Origin: Lama glama
Taxonomy: Eukaryota
NCBI GenBank assembly: GCA_028534125.1
Contig: CM052816.1
Span: forward strand, 27,530,001 to 27,594,000
Direction of reading: 5' to 3'
Length of the DNA stretch: 64,000 nucleotides
Shown: piece after piece, positions 38,701-53,710 of the stretch
Layout of the letters: each line of letters starts with the position of its first letter
Numbering within the stretch: position 1 is the first letter of the stretch
Notes under the pieces: model-generated
The model's database searches: none
The model's input: only the letters and a program-made list of their open reading frames with translations
What the model was told of the DNA's origin: nothing
Made by a program: the position numbers and the translations under genes

Positions 38701-41700
38701 AGGGAAGCTCATCTTTACAAGAGTGAGAAAATCCTAGTTCTTTCTTATTCAACCAGTCACCTTGGAGTTGCAAAGAAAAAAAAAAAAGTAAATCCAAAGG
38801 AAAAAGAATACGAAAAAGAACCATTCTTTTAAGGCTTTGTTCCTCCACTTGCTACCCATAATACTATCCCTTTACCCTGTTATTAAACTGTTGTCTTTGA
38901 CCAGCAGTGAGAAACTCCCTCAGGAAGGGGGATCTTAGAGAGGGCACTGCATCCTTTATTTCTATTAGCTACATTATACTTCTAACACATTTACAGTTCC
39001 TATAGAGCGGATACAATTCAGTCCGAGGGGAAGAAGGGAGAGAAAACCTCAGAGAAAAGCACAGCAAAATACTAGTGTTCTGGGAGAACAGCAGCCATAA
39101 TGAGAGGCCTGGGTGAGAGTAACAAGCAGTCAGTTATACCCATCTCCCAATATTATCTTAGTATTCTCACCATTCATTTTAATCCACAGAGTAGAAAAAT
39201 GGTTGATTCTGGGGTGAGGCAGGAGTGGTATACAGGTATGGCAACTCATCCCAGAGGTTTTTGAACCTGAGTCCAAGAGCATCAGTAACTGTATTAAATT
39301 TGCTTTGCAGATCTGAGATCTAAGTGGATGAGGTCAGAGGAATGGGATGGAAAACACATACATGGTGCAACTTCTTTACTAATTTAGGCAAACAGCTCTC
39401 TGGAAAGTGACCTACAAAGCCAAAATATTCTCCAAGGCCCAGGCTGACCAGAGATGCCTCTTAGTCCACAGGGAGTTATTCTCTTTCAGAGTCTGAGAAG
39501 GCTTATCAGGAGCTAGGCACACAGAGCTTTATTTCCTGCCCCCTTCTCCCCAATTTTCTGAAAGAAATACTTCTGAGTATTAGAGACATGGAAAAAAATG
39601 ACATATTCTCATTTTCTCTGGCCTCATGTACAGGATTTCACAATATAGCAACAGGGGGTCCTCTAAGATTCTTTCTCTCTCAGTGATCAACAAGAGACCA
39701 ATGTGAGGGCTTTAAACCTCAAACACTGGTCTCATTTGAATCTGCTTAGAAAAAAATCTAAAAAGTTACACTTTGAGCTATTAGAATATAGTTCCCTTTT
39801 TATCATTTTTTCTTCATCTTGCTATTGTGTGTGAAAAAACATTTTCACATACATTTTTTTTTTTAACAGACTACTTACTGTCTCATAGAATTTTCCACAT
39901 TGTAGAGTTTGCAGATTGTATCCTGGTGGTGTCATTTAATTCATTCTTCTGTTCCTTGTATTTCCTATGGAAAGTCAGACCTAGAGGCTTGACCAGATGT
40001 AGGTTAGGTTTGATTTGGGGGAGCAAGAAGACTTGCCAGATGATGGTGTCCTTCATAACTGCATCATATGAGGAAGCCCAGGATGTCTCTACTGTCTACT
40101 TTTTTGTGATGTTAAGAATGATCAGTGGGTTCAGTGTTGTCAGTCTGATCCATCTGCTATAAAAGATTTTCACCTACATACTTCACTAGCCATTAATGAT
40201 CACTGCTAGATCCATTATCACATTTTCAAAATCAGTGATTTTTTTTAAAGAACTGTGAGTATTCCATAACAGTGTATATAATTTTATATTTGAACTGAAC
40301 TATTTGTTTTTTCCATTAATGTGTTTTATTAAATTAAGTAACATTTAACATGATAACTGATCTTTTTTTTTCCTTTTAGTAATTTGAGATAGTTTTGGAA
40401 CCTTATAAAAGACATTCAAGGTGCTGTGCTCTTTCATAAGAAAAGACAAAACGTTGTTTTTGGAGCTGTTTTTGTCATGTGTGTGTATATTTTTCTCCCA
40501 TTATTGTCAAATGTAATTTTAACCTTACACAAATGATCTGTTGATTTGAAATATCATGGGAAAACTTTGACCTAGAACATTTTCAAAGAGGTTAGTTACT
40601 GGAAATACAAGAAAGCTAAGGACATTTGGCAAGGTGGGTTATATTACATGCTTCAAAACTCTACACAAGTACATAGTTTTCTCCTTAGATTTTTCAATTT
40701 TCAATTTGGTCTCTCAATTTCCTGTAAACTAAATTTCAAAAACCCTAAGTGACGTTCAAGGCCTTCCTTTATCTGGCCCTAACCCCGTCCTCTATCAGTT
40801 TCATATTGACCACTGCTGTGCATTCTCTCCTCTGACCAAACTAGACAACTGACTACCCCCTGCGGCTTCTTGTCTCTGCAGGGGTAAAGTACCGCCCTGG
40901 GAACACACAGGGACTTTACTTTTCTATCTCTTAAGGTATTTCTTTCTTTTTTATGCATTCAATCTATGAACCCTCTCTTTCTAGACTTGTAGTGGACACT
41001 ACTCTTTCTTGTGTAATGCCTTGCCTTCCTACTAGTAAAAAGAAATTATTACCTTGATTCCTTTTGGGAGAATACTCCCCACATATGGCATTGTTAATCA
41101 TCGTATCCAACAGCAAGCAGGAGATAGTGCCAGGCCCCAAGCTAGATGAATTAAAGAACACCTTCCACCTAAAATTTTAAATATTAGTAGTGATTAAAAA
41201 ATTGATAATGGTTAGAAACAATTAACTCAGATGAATTTCTCCAGAACTAATAGCTAATATTTACTGAGTTCTCTAGTCATCAAACCATAAGAAAAGAGAA
41301 CAAAAAGAAGAAAGAGAAAAAAAAAAGTCCTACAGAAGATTGCTTTGGCAGCATGGGGGTCTCTTACAGTTCCATATAAATTTTGGAATTGTTTGTTCTA
41401 GTTCTGTGAAAAATGCCGTGAGTATTTTGACAGGGAATGTTTATACGAGTTATAAAATTCTGGTTTTTGAAGTGAAAAAAAAGGAAAGTGAATGAAGGGC
41501 CATGAATGGCAAGGTATACTTTTTTGTGGGTGAGTTGTATTCCATTACATATATATGCTGCATCTTCTTTATCTATTCATCTATTGATGTGCATTTAGGA
41601 TGCTTCCATATCTTGGCAATTATAAATAATGTTACTGTTAATAGCAGGGTGTATGTATCTTTTTGAATTAATTCTTATTTTGTGGTTGGCTTTATTCCTT

Positions 41701-42740
41701 TGATAACTATGTAAGTTTAAAAAGCTAAAGCTCTAAACCTTAGAAACAATGAACAGTACATATACGTAAATTTAAAAAAATATGTGCAGTATGTTTTATA
41801 TATGTATTTACATGCAATATATTGTACATGTGCAATCAAACTGTAACAGTTCTATCTAATAAAACTGAAAAATGAAAAAGTTAAATAAAATAAGGCAGTG
41901 GAAGAACCAATGTTAATTTTATTTCTTCCTTTCCAGTTAGCTATATCTATCATTTTATTTCTAACTTCACTGGCCTCAACTTTCAGAACAATGTTAAGTG
42001 AAAATATAATAACAGTAATAAAGACAGCCATCCTGGTTATGTTTCTAATTTCCAATATTTCTCCATTTAATGCAATACTGGTTATTAGTCTAAGATACCC
42101 ATTTTCACAATGAGGAGTTATCCTATTCCTAGATTTTTAAGTGTTTTGTTTAGAAATGGGTAGGTTAATGAATCTCTTGGTCTTTTATGGGATAAAAAAA
42201 TTGTTTTAATTGATCTTACTGGACTGATGTATTTAGACAAATTCGGTTCCTAAAATTTAACTAACCATGGTAATGCTGGACAACATTAAAAAATACAGAG
42301 AATTTAGCTTGCAGTATTATTTGACATTTTCCCATTCACATTTATAAATGATTCAGCTCCTCCTACTCCCCATTATATAATCTTTGTTAGGTTTAGCATC
42401 AAGATTATCCAAACTTCAGAAAAATATGTCAGCATGATGTAGTTGTTGACAACACAGGCTATCTAAGCTCACATCCTAGCCTCACCACTTATGGCTGCGT
42501 GACCTTCAACAAGTCCCCTGATCAACAAATATTAGGGTGACAGAATAGAATGTAAATTCCATCAATCGGCATAAAGTAGAAATGGTATAAATAACAAACA
42601 TTGAGAAGGGAAGGAAAAGAAAAGAAAAATTTGCTACTTCTTTATATTTTTATAGCTGAGTCAAAAGCAGATAAATATATCCATCCGCTCATTCCTAGCA
42701 TATATTAATTTAATCATCACTCAGAATATACTGTCCAAGG

Positions 42741-42959
42741 CAAGGGTCAACAAATACGGACCACTGACTAAATCAAACACACCTCCTGTTTTTGTAGATA
42801 AAGTTTACTAAAATACAGGCACATCCATTTGCTCACATATTATCTATGGCTGATTTTTATGCTATAACACGAGTCAGGTAGCCACCAGAGATCTCATGGG
42901 TTGCAAAGCCTAGAGTATTTACTGTCTAACTTGCTAAACAAAGTGTTTGCTGACTCAGG
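42741..42959 (+). mobile_element. MER58-like hAT-Charlie DNA transposon
   Basis: Termini 'caagggtcaacaaa' and 'gtttgctgactcagg'; internal 'cctgtttttgtagataaagttt' and 'gcaaagcctagagtatttact'. Confidence 0.75.
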
Positions 42960-42981
42960 TTCTAAAGCAATAGACTATTAA

Positions 42982-42996
42982 GTGTGTGTGTGTGTG
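42982..42996. repeat. (GT)7 microsatellite
   Basis: Seen directly. Confidence 0.9.
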
Positions 42997-45900
42997 CAAT
43001 TATAATGATAAGGATAGCCTTTATTAAAAAATGCAAATATTTAATATTTATAAAAGTATCACGGACACACCTAAGTTGCCTAGAAAGAATGACAATGTGA
43101 CTGACAGCTGACTTCTCAATAGAAACAAAATCAGGAAACAATAAAATATTTTCATAGAAATGGAAGAAAAAAAATTAACCAAGATTAGTTACACTACTAG
43201 AATGTTTAAGAATGAGACTAAAATAAAGACATCATTCTAACAGACAAAAACTAAGAGGGCTTACCATTAACAGATCTCCACTGCACAATGCTGAAAAATA
43301 TGTACTTAGGAAAGCAGGAAAATGATACCAGAAAGAAGGCTGGAGACAAAGAAAATGAATGAAAAAAGAAATTGGTAAACATGTGAGTAAATCTATATAA
43401 ATACTAACTGTATAAAGCAGTAATGATAATGTCTAATTTGGAGATAAAAGTAAAAGGCAGGACTAAAATATCTAACACAAATGCATGCAAGATAAAAAAG
43501 TGACCAAAGAGTTACGAAGCTTATGTATTCTTTGGTAGGCTGGTAGGAGTTACTGAGGTTAATTTAAGTTCCAAACTTGTAAAGGTAATTCTAACAATCA
43601 AGAGGTTACATTGTTTAGCTTTGCAAATAAAATATACCTAATGGATGAAATGATTATTTTTTAAGAGAATTTTAAATTAAGTTCAGGTGAAAATCTAAAC
43701 AGATAAATTAATACAAGAAAAAAAAGAGAAAGTTGTCAAAATGCACCAGGCAGGCAGAAATTTTTTTTTCAGGATTATTCCAGTAAATCTTTAAAGAGCA
43801 AAAGAGGAACACTTTGTAATTTTCATAAATGCTTAAAAAGCATGTGATAAAACTCAACATCCATTCTTGATTTGTAAAAAACACACCTTGGTAAAAGGAA
43901 TAGATCGTAACTTCATAAAATGTATCTGTTTAAATCTAAAAGTCAACTTTATGCTTAGGTGGAAGCACTAGAAGCATCCTCACTAATGTCAGGAGCAGAC
44001 AAGGGTGTCTGCTTTCAGTATTACCATTTTATATTGTACTGGTGGTACCAGCCATTCTACTTAGGTAGGAGAAACAGAGTTACAAAAATTAGGAGCAAGT
44101 AAAATGACCATTATCTTAAGAAGATAGAATTCTGAACCACTGCTACCACCCAGGTCCAAGCCACCTTCTCTCTTACCTGGATTATTCTAATGGCCTCCAA
44201 ACTGGCAGCTGCAGGTATTCAACTATATGAGTCATTGATATACGGAAAAAACTTGTATATATCCATGAATATTTATTCAAAATAATATTTATTCAAATAT
44301 TTATCAAATATGTATTTTAAAAACAAATATTTAACCGAGTATCTACTATGTACTTCTGTGAATGTCACAGAAGAAAAATCAAATAAAGAGGGAGGAATAA
44401 CCAGCTGATGTATTCTAAGGGAAATCAGATGTCTCCCTAATAAGCTGACATTTGAACAGAGACCTGCAAAAGTGAGAGAGGGAGGCCTGCAGATATCAAA
44501 GTGGAGAATATAAATTCAAGCACCAAAGTAAGAAAATTCTACACATTGATAATGTAATTACCGAGCTTACCAATCTTTAAAAATTTCATAGGGCCTGCAG
44601 ATCTCTCCTTTATCACAGGTGGTGCCTACGATTGAAAAAAAAAGTTCAGAACTAGTCCACACCTATTTTAGACATAAGCTAAACTGGTTGTTGTTGGTGT
44701 ATGTGAAGACTATGAACTTCTGTCCATAACAGAGCTAAGCTAAACACTGAATAGTCATACCATGTTTAGTTTAAAAATAAACACAAATAACCCTCCTCCA
44801 TTCATTGACCCTCGAAGTTTTGGCTGTCTTTACTGAAAAACATCCTTTTAATTATATCCTGAAAACAGCATGGAGAATGAGTCCCTTTCAAAACAACTTT
44901 TTCCCTGAAGAGAAACACATGTTCCAAGTACAAACAACATTCCAGTATCCAACTTAAGGCTACATAATTTCTGCACAATGATGTTATACTTAGGCTACTG
45001 AACTTGCTCCTGTTCGTATCATTTCTTCTACAATTCTATAATGTAGGCCCACTCATGGAAGCAGACTTGCCAAGAAAATTCTGAAAAAAAAAAAATAAAG
45101 ACTGAGGAGTAAACAAGGCTACTGGGTGTCTAAATAAAATACAAAGCTATTCTAATTTAAAATATTACATTTTACCAGAGAAACAGATAAGCAGAAAAGA
45201 GAGCAAGTCCTAGGAACGTTGCTGTGATTATATGGTGACATTTCAAATCAACAGAGAAAGGATGACCCAACTACTCAAAAAAGCATTAGAACAATATTCA
45301 TCTTGGAAAAACTAGTTTAGATCCCAACCACACATCATATATGTATTAGAATAATCCTTAGCTGCAGTAACAGATAAACACCCTAAATCTCAATGACTTA
45401 ACCAAATACTTAGTTATTTCTTGTTCATTGAAGTTCAATAGGTGGCTGGATAGGGTTGGGGGGATCTGTTCCATGCAACCATGCAGGGACCCTGGCTGAT
45501 AGAAACTTCACCATCTTCAAAATCTGTCTTGGAAAGTTGCCCAGGATGTCAACATCTAGCTGGAAAACAAGGAAATAAATGTGCAAGATTGCTTGGAAAG
45601 TTTTGTGGGGCAGGGAAAACCATGTAATCACTTTTACCCATATTCTCTTGTTGAGCATGTGCCAACTTCAAGGAGGCTCAGAAGTGTAATTTAGCCAGGT
45701 ACTCAAGAAAAGGAAGACAGATTAAGTGAACACTTAGCCAGTTTCTAACACAGTACATCCTTCTGGTTACCAGGAATCCTACCACACAGAGCACACTCCC
45801 TCCTTCCCCAAGTGAGACAATCCAAAATTCCATCCAGTTATTGCAATCAGCTCAAAGTCCAAGATCTCTGAATGATATATGGTTCTTTCCATCAGTTCTA

Positions 45901-47910
45901 GATATGGCCACTTAAGTTCCAGTGACATTTGCACTAAAAACACAAGTTATGGAAATCTCTCTACTGCCAACAGGCCCAACTTACCATGGTAAAACATGAA
46001 CAGGAGATTTGTAATAAAAATTGCCATCTGGTAAAGGGAAGATGGGAGGCACACAGAAGGCCCTAGTCTACAGTTGCTACGATACCCTTCTGGCAGGCAT
46101 TTTGAGGTCCCTCTTATCTAGCAATGGGACATTTTCTTGATTTCAATTTTGCTATCTGGAAGGAACTACTTATTCAATGTTTTTCATAGCTGTGGATTTA
46201 CCCTTTTGGAGGTTTTTTTCGGTCCATTATTGCATTTTAAAAAATGATGAAGATTGTGCCTTTCTTGGGGGCCTTTACAGTTTTGCAACCCATCTCTTGA
46301 GCAAGTTTGGGAGCCCCAAAATATTTTTAATGATAGAACATTCAGAGGCTGCTGAAGGCTTGCAATTTCTTTGGCATTACAGGTAAGCAGAATAGGTTTT
46401 TGATGCTAATAGCATCCCCCTAAGTTCCTTCCTAAATGTAATTCTCAGCTTGCCTTATTTTTTTCCCCTTCTTTGCCAACATGGCTTAAAGCTATCATGT
46501 TTAGGAGGAAATGCCACATCTTTCTTTACTCAAGTCTGTGCTGGAGCTAGAAGTCTTAGTGAACATTAATCTCTTATTATTTAGGTCTAGTATCCTGGCT
46601 TTTCCGTGCTTTTACTTTTTGGTCTTTTCTTTTTACAAACTAACAAATTATTGCTCCATCCCATTTCTTTTTTTCTGTCACCTTAGTAAATGCAGACAGT
46701 AACAATCAACACTCACTACCAGCATTCCTTGCTCCAGCCTCTTTCCTTAGAGCTGAGGTGGTCCACCTGTAATTGTAAATGACTGTTTAAAAAATTGTTT
46801 TGTCACTGCATGTATAAATCTCATTTTCTAGATAGCCCTGGATATTAATTTCTATCTTGACTGTCTGTTGGACCAATGTCAAGTGTTTTGGATTTTTGTT
46901 ACAGTAGCATCCTTCTTCTAGCAATAATTTCTGCATCAGAATAATGACACCTGTACTGTTCAAAAAAATCCCAGAGTCTCCTCGGTTTAACATAGATATT
47001 TGTCTGATGGTAAGTTAAGTCCAATTGGCTTAAATGGAGAGAAGGTGGGTGGATAACTGTGATTTTTAGTTATTTAGGTTCCCCACCTGATGGTCGTTCC
47101 TTCATCTTAAAAAAAGGGCCTTCTAATGTCTCTCTGGGAATTGACATCCAGGTAAGGGACAAAAGAAGGTAGAGGATAAAAGGGGAAATCATGGCTCAAA
47201 TATGGAAATGGTTTACATGATTTTCATTAATATTCACTATGCAATTCTGAAGTAACATGACCCCAACCTAATTTCAAGAGATGCTAAGAAATGTAGATTC
47301 ATTGTACACTAGTTGGCATGAGAAAGCAGTTTGCCAATCTCCTTCAGAATACACATGGGTAAATTCCAGAGAGATTAAAGCCTATAGGTAAACATAAACC
47401 TATAAAAGTACTAGAGGAATATATAGTAGATTCAGGGATGTCAAGAACTCTAAAGGGTGAGAGTTCCATGGGCCTATACTGGGCACTCAGGAAAAAGAAG
47501 GGGGACCAAAAAAAGGTAAGATAAAACTTCCCTAGATGCAGGCCTGAAAGAGGAGAGGCTACTGCTACAGGAAGGACATGGATACCGACCAGGATCCTTC
47601 CTCCCTATTGAGGAAAAAGCCTTAAGCCACGGTAAGATCATCAAACACACTGTTAATCAGGGTACAGATAAAAACTCACTGTGGCCTGGGAAGGGCAATA
47701 GGAAAGAAAAACCAAAAAACCTCTGTATCATTGGGAAGGGTCAAGAATCTATCCGGTACCCAGACTACCAGATAGATCTAACTTGGGAAGGAGTGAGAAG
47801 CTATCAAACAAGATTCAGCATGGACACAACGAAGAGTTTAGCTGCTACAAGGAAGAAGGGCAAAATCTCTGAGAAAGTCATAATCCCAAGATTCAGCCAT
47901 GGTCTTTAAC

Positions 47911-47965
47911 TATGAAAACCACAGAAAAAATTTTAAAATATGAAAACCACAGAAAAAATTTTAAA
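47911..47965. repeat. 28-bp tandem duplication
   Basis: tatgaaaaccacagaaaaaattttaaa(a) at 47911-47938 and 47939-47965. Confidence 0.93.
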
Positions 47966-48670
47966 CATCAAGAGCTCAAATAATTCATTCCATGAGTCCT
48001 TTTTTGAAGAATCTACTAGAAAATGAACTTCATCCAAACAAAAGATGACTGGAAAAACTTTAGCAATTCAGCTTTAATATATGTAATTGCAAGTCTAAGA
48101 CTAAAACTAAAGTGGGGATAAGGGTAGATGAATATGTTGTATAATAATGCTCTGTGTTATGTGATGTATGGTTGAATGAAGTAAAAATAATGCAACTAAA
48201 AATGGGAAGAGAATGCAAGTGGAAGGAGGAAAGAAGAATAAACTCTCTAGCTGTGATCTAGGCAAGAGTTAAAGTTAAGGAATGTCATTAAAAATGGACA
48301 ATACAGATGGTGAATTAAAAAATAAGGGACTAAAGGCATTAAAAAGGGTATAAGCACAAAGATAACCACCAGAACAGAAATACTAACCTTCTTAAATATT
48401 ATATTTAGGAATTTCTTTTTTGAAAAAAAGGAACATAGTAAACACATTTTGAAGAGAAACACAGTAAATCTAACAAACATAGTAATTACAGCATAAGATA
48501 ATCTGACAGAATTGAAAGGAATCATCGTCATCATATCACCAAATATTAAAGGGTTTAATTCACTGATTAAATGGAAAGATTTTCAACCTGGCTTACAAAG
48601 ATCCAAATAAATGCTCTTTTCAGAGATACATCTATTTGAAAATGAACGATGAATGATTCAGAAAGGTTGA

Positions 48671-48897
48671 GGGGATGGGTATATATAGCTCAGTGGTAGA
48701 GCATATGCTTAGCATGCATGAGGTCCTGGGCTCTATCCCCAGTACTTCCTTAACAACAACAACAAACCAAAGGAAAAAAAAAAGAAGAAAAGAAAAGAAA
48801 CAACTCAAAGACCTATCAAAAAAGGGATGGGGAATTAAACTACAGAACATGTATACAATGGAATAGGGAAAAATAAATTATAAAATTAAAAAAAAAA
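48671..48897 (+). mobile_element. tRNA-derived SINE (resembles the camelid vic-1 family) with an extended tail, inserted in an old L1
   Basis: GGGGATGGGTATATATAGCTCAGTGGTAGAGCATATGCTTAGCATGCATGAGGTCCTGGGCTCTATCCCCAGTACTTCC. A box at 48686-48696, degenerate B box at 48729-48739, followed by A-rich tails. Confidence 0.85.
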
Positions 48898-49734
48898 CGA
48901 AACTAGTAAGGCTAAAACTGAAGGGATAGTCAAAGGTATTCCAGGCAAATGGAAATACAAAGCAGGAACAGCAAAACTGGTACCAGATAGAGTGAGACTT
49001 TCTATGATCCCAAATCTATATGCTAAATGGAAATAAAAAGAGAAACCAGTGCATCTGACTATAAGTGGCAAACAACATGAAAGAAACGTAAACAACATAA
49101 AGAAAATCAAAAGACAACTGACAAAAAGCTAAAAAGTATTTGCAATACATATAACAGATAAAGGGCTAATATCCTTAAAATGTAAATAAATCTAAAAAAT
49201 TAGGGGAAAATGATGAAAACCAATTCCTCATCAATGGAAAAACGGAGAAGACAATAGAAACAAAATCCACAAAAATTGACTTTAAAAAGTCCTTAAAATT
49301 TTTTTAAAGTATCCACTATGCCCATAATAAGAGAAATATATAGTAAAACTACACTGAGGTAACATTTCTCACCTACTGGCAAAATTCAAAATATAAAACA
49401 CTGTATTCTATTGCAGAGGTGGTGGGGAAACAGACCCCTCTCATATGCTGCTAGTGGAAATACAAATTGGTATAACTCTCATGGAAGAAAACCTGGCAAT
49501 TTTTAACAAAACACATGTGCATTTACCATATGACATAACATTGTTACCTCTAGGAACTTACCCCAAAGACGTATCTCCACCAAACTGAAAATACACACGT
49601 TGGCTTTTGCTTGTAACATTATTCGTAACTGCAAAATATGAAACTAACCTATATGCCTATACGACTGGCTGAATACACTGACAGAGCTACCCAATGAGAT
49701 GCCATGCCTTTACTTATCTATTTATTTATTTATT

Positions 49735-50028
49735 TTAGTAGCTTAACAACACAGATTTACTATCTTATAGTTCTGCAGGTTAGAAGTCCCAACCAGCTCT
49801 CACTGGGCTGAAATAAGGATGTTGGCAGGGCTGTGTTCTGCTCTGGAGGCTCTATAGGAGGATCCTCTTCATGGTTCATTCAGGTTGTTTCTTGAAGTGG
49901 TAAGCCTGAGATTCTCGTTTTCTTACTGAATGTAAACTGAAGGTTTCTGGAGGCCAGTTGCATTCCTTGGCTCATGGTCCCTTTATCTTCAAAGCTGGCA
50001 ACAATGGGGCGCAGCCCCTCTCACACTG
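49735..50028. mobile_element. MLT1 (MaLR) LTR fragment
   Basis: 'gcttaacaacacagatttactatcttatagttctgcaggttagaagtcc...ggatgttggcagggctgtgttctgctctggaggctct' resembles MLT1. Confidence 0.75.
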
Positions 50029-50029
50029 C

Positions 50030-50330
50030 TTTTCTTTTTTAATTGAAGAATAGTCAACTTACAATATTATACTAGTTTCAGGTATACAAGTTAGTTACTT
50101 GATACTTTTATGGATTATACTCTATACAAAGTTATTATAAAATATTGGCTATATTCCCTGTGCTGTACATTATTACATTCTTATAACTTTTTTTATACCT
50201 AGTAGTTTTTACCTCTTGATCCCTTTCACCTATTTTGCCCCTCCCCACAACCCTCTTCCCTCTGGTAACCATGAGTTTGTTCTCTGTATGTGTGTCTGTT
50301 TCTGTTTTGTTATATTCATTTCTTTTATTT
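50030..50330 (-). mobile_element. L1 3'-end fragment
   Basis: T-tract followed by 'aattgaagaatagtcaacttacaatattatactagtttcaggtataca...tctggtaaccatgagtttgttctctgtatgtgtgtctgtttctg', an antisense L1 3'UTR. Confidence 0.8.
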
Positions 50331-53300
50331 TAAACAAGGAAGATCTCTATGGACAGATTTGCAGTGATTTCCAGGATATATTTTTAAATTAAAATGAAGT
50401 TCACAAAAGCATTTAGGAAATGCCAATTTTTATGTAAGTAAGGAGAGGAAATAAGAAAATAAACATATGTTTGTTAATCTGTGCAAACAGAAACACAGGA
50501 AGAATATAACAGGGATTAATGATTACATACAGGATATGGGTGGGATTGGATGGAAAGGAAAGAACACCTGGAAGGGAGGATTTCCCACTTCTCTGAGTAT
50601 ACTGTTTTTTGCAGCTCTAACTTATGGAACAATGTTAATGTTTCACGTAAAGAAAAAAAAAATTTAAATTACCAAGCATGAAGGAAAAATACCCTTAAAA
50701 TAAAACACCATAAGAAACATATGAACAAAAATGCATTTCAAATGAATACTATGTGGAAGGAAAGAGAGGGGGGAAAAAGTATTAACCCAGGTAACTTTTT
50801 ATTATTATTAAAAAAATTGAGATACAATTCACATACAATATTCACCCTTATAAAGTACACAATTCAGTGGACTTCTGTATATTCACAAAGTTGTGCAACC
50901 AACACTACCGTCCAATTCCAGAACACAACTCAATCCAAAAAGAAATGTCACACCCATTAGCAGTCACTCACAATTCCTCCCTCTTCCAGTCCCTACCAGT
51001 CATTAATCTACTTCTGCTCTCTATGGATTTACCTATTCTAGACATTCCATATACATGGAATCCTATTCTGCACTGGCTTCTTTCTTAGCACGATGTTTTC
51101 AAAGTTCATCCATGTCACAATATTTCATTCCTTTTAATGGCTGAGTAATATTCCACAGCATGTACACACCACTTTTGTTTACCAGGTCATCAGTTCATGG
51201 ATATCTGGGTTCTTTCCTCTTTTTAGCTATTATGAACATTCATTTTTAAGTATTTTTTAAAATAAGTTTTCAATTCTCTTTGGGCATATACAGCTGTGAC
51301 TGCAAACAGGGGTCATGAAATTCCCATTATGCCTGTGTTGGTACACTTAATGGTTTCCTACACATTTTTGAGCGTCTGTTAATTTTTCATTGTTTTGTTT
51401 CTCTGTTCCTCTAACTGGATAATCTCAATTGACCAATCATTATGTTCACTCATTCTTTCTGCTGCCAGATAAAATGTGCTGTTGAACCTGCTGTTGAATT
51501 TTTTGTTTCAGTAATGTACTTCCCAATTCTTAAACTTCTTTTTGTTTCTTCTTTAATTTGTCTCATTACTGATATTCTCTATTTGGTGAGACACCTCAGA
51601 TTTTTATCTTCATTATTAAGATATGGTTTCCTTTGGTTCTTTGACTACATTTAAAATAGCTTATTTAATGTCTTTGTCAAAAAAAATCCAGAGTCTGGGC
51701 CTTCTTGGGACAGTTTCTAGTGACAGCTTTTTTTCCCGTGTATGGGCTATACTTTATTTTGGTGGATGTCTTATAATATTCTGTTGAAAACTGGGTATTT
51801 TAAATAATATAATGCCACAACTCCAGAAATCAATTATTCCCTTCTCCCTAGGGCTTCCTGTTGTTATTTTTTGCTGCTGTTTGTTTAGTGACCTTTTTGA
51901 ACTATTTTTGTGAACTCTGCATTCTTTGCTGTGTATGGCACTGAAGTCTCTGCTTCATTAGCTCAGTTTTACACTAATAACTGCATAAGGATTTCCTTAA
52001 TGCCTGGAGTCAATACTTCTCTAAGTTTGCTGAGTCTAAATGTGTGTTGGTCAGGAAGTTGACAATTCCACCTTACCCTTCACTTCCTGCTTATGCAACT
52101 CTCCACAAAGTCAGCCAGAAGTGAGGGTTTAGGGCCTTCTCAGCTTTTACCTGAACATGCACATAGCCCCATCATGCATGTGACTTCCTTAATTCCAGGA
52201 AACAATTCAAAAGTTATCAAAGTCCTTAGGATACTGAATTTTCCAGGGTTCCTTTTAAGCCATTTGATTAACTTATTTTTCCCAACTGTTACTCCCTGCT
52301 TCAGGTAGCTGTAATGTTAAACAATTGCCTCTAAGATCATTTCAAAAACTGATCTCAGGAAAAAGCCTTTTCACATTGGGTAAGCTCTTGTCAAGTTAGA
52401 TAAAGACAGAATTGCCAGTGTGGTCTTCCAGTGAACTACCAAAATGGTCAAATAATAATTCTTAGCGAATGTGTCTTTGAATAAGCTCCACCCCTGTTCT
52501 GGCCCCCACAGTGGCTGCTAGACTGCTGGTTTTCATCATGATTGTGGGCTGTTGATTTTCAAGACACCATAGATCTGGGGTGATAAGATCTGAGTGGGTG
52601 ATAAGAATAGGGTAAATTAAAGTGTCATAAAGATAACTTCTTATCAAGATTCAAGCATTTAAAATAAATAATACTCCTTGGATTGCTGTAAGCTTGTGGT
52701 TAATTCCATAGTTCTGAAAATGCTGATTCTGACAATATGGATAGTCTTCTCACGGCTTTTAATGGAGAAAACGAATTCTTCCATCTCCTTACTCAGCCAT
52801 TTTTGCTGATATTATCCCAGGTAACTTTCAAACTTGGTTTTGAGATAATATGCTCTTAGGCTAAAGAAAAAAGAACTCTAAATATACATTAAAGTTTGGT
52901 TAGTAGGCTTCTGTTTTGCAGAGGTATTCAGTTAGCGATTCTGAAGAAAACATCTATGTATTCTGGGGTTGAGAAAACAAGTAAATATATTATGGAAAAT
53001 GAGAAACCATCTTCCTTACTATTACAGAAAGAACTTACATGCCAAAAGGACACAGGAAGACAGCTTGAGGGAGCTCCCATTAATCAAATTAAGGATAATT
53101 TGAGGATCAAAATAAATAATGAACTTTTATTTCTCACCATTACGGAATAACAGGCACCAGATCTGCTCTTCTATACTAAACAAAAAACTGGACAAAATAT
53201 ATGAAATAAGGTTTCAGACAAGGGACAAAAAGCAGTATAGGATACTAACACCTGAGAGGAAGAACACAAATGAACTGCATGCTACATGTACACCAGTGCA

Positions 53301-53710
53301 CTGTTTGAAGAGCTTCCAAACTATAGTGCAGGGGGGAGAAATTCCAAAATAGCCCAACTGCCTTACTGAAAAGACAGTTCAGAGTTCAGAGAGGTTAATA
53401 TGACTAGAATTTGTGAGGCAAGATACTGGAGAGGAAGGAAATCCGCAAAAGAAGATAAAGTGCTCTGGAGATCTACATAACGGTCAATGGTATTAGGCTG
53501 ACCTGAGAAATGTGTATAAAGAGTCTAACAAAGTCATAAGGGAAGAGTCACCAGGAAGGAGTTGGCAGAGCCATCCCAGGAGCCTGTACAGCTCTAGGTA
53601 TAGTCTGTGTTCTCACCAGACACAAAGGAAAAATCTTCCAACAGACAAAGCATTAGGCAAACTTCTTAGAAAGGTAATGCCTCAGTAGTGGCGCTAAATG
53701 AGCCCCAGAC

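Noticed and set aside
48671..48750. Possible tRNA gene
   Set aside because: The B box is degenerate, the acceptor stem is imperfect, and it has an A-rich tail with no T-run terminator. It is a tRNA-derived SINE.
53681..53697. Possible CTCF site near 'agtagtggcgcta'
   Set aside because: Only the 3' half of the motif matches.
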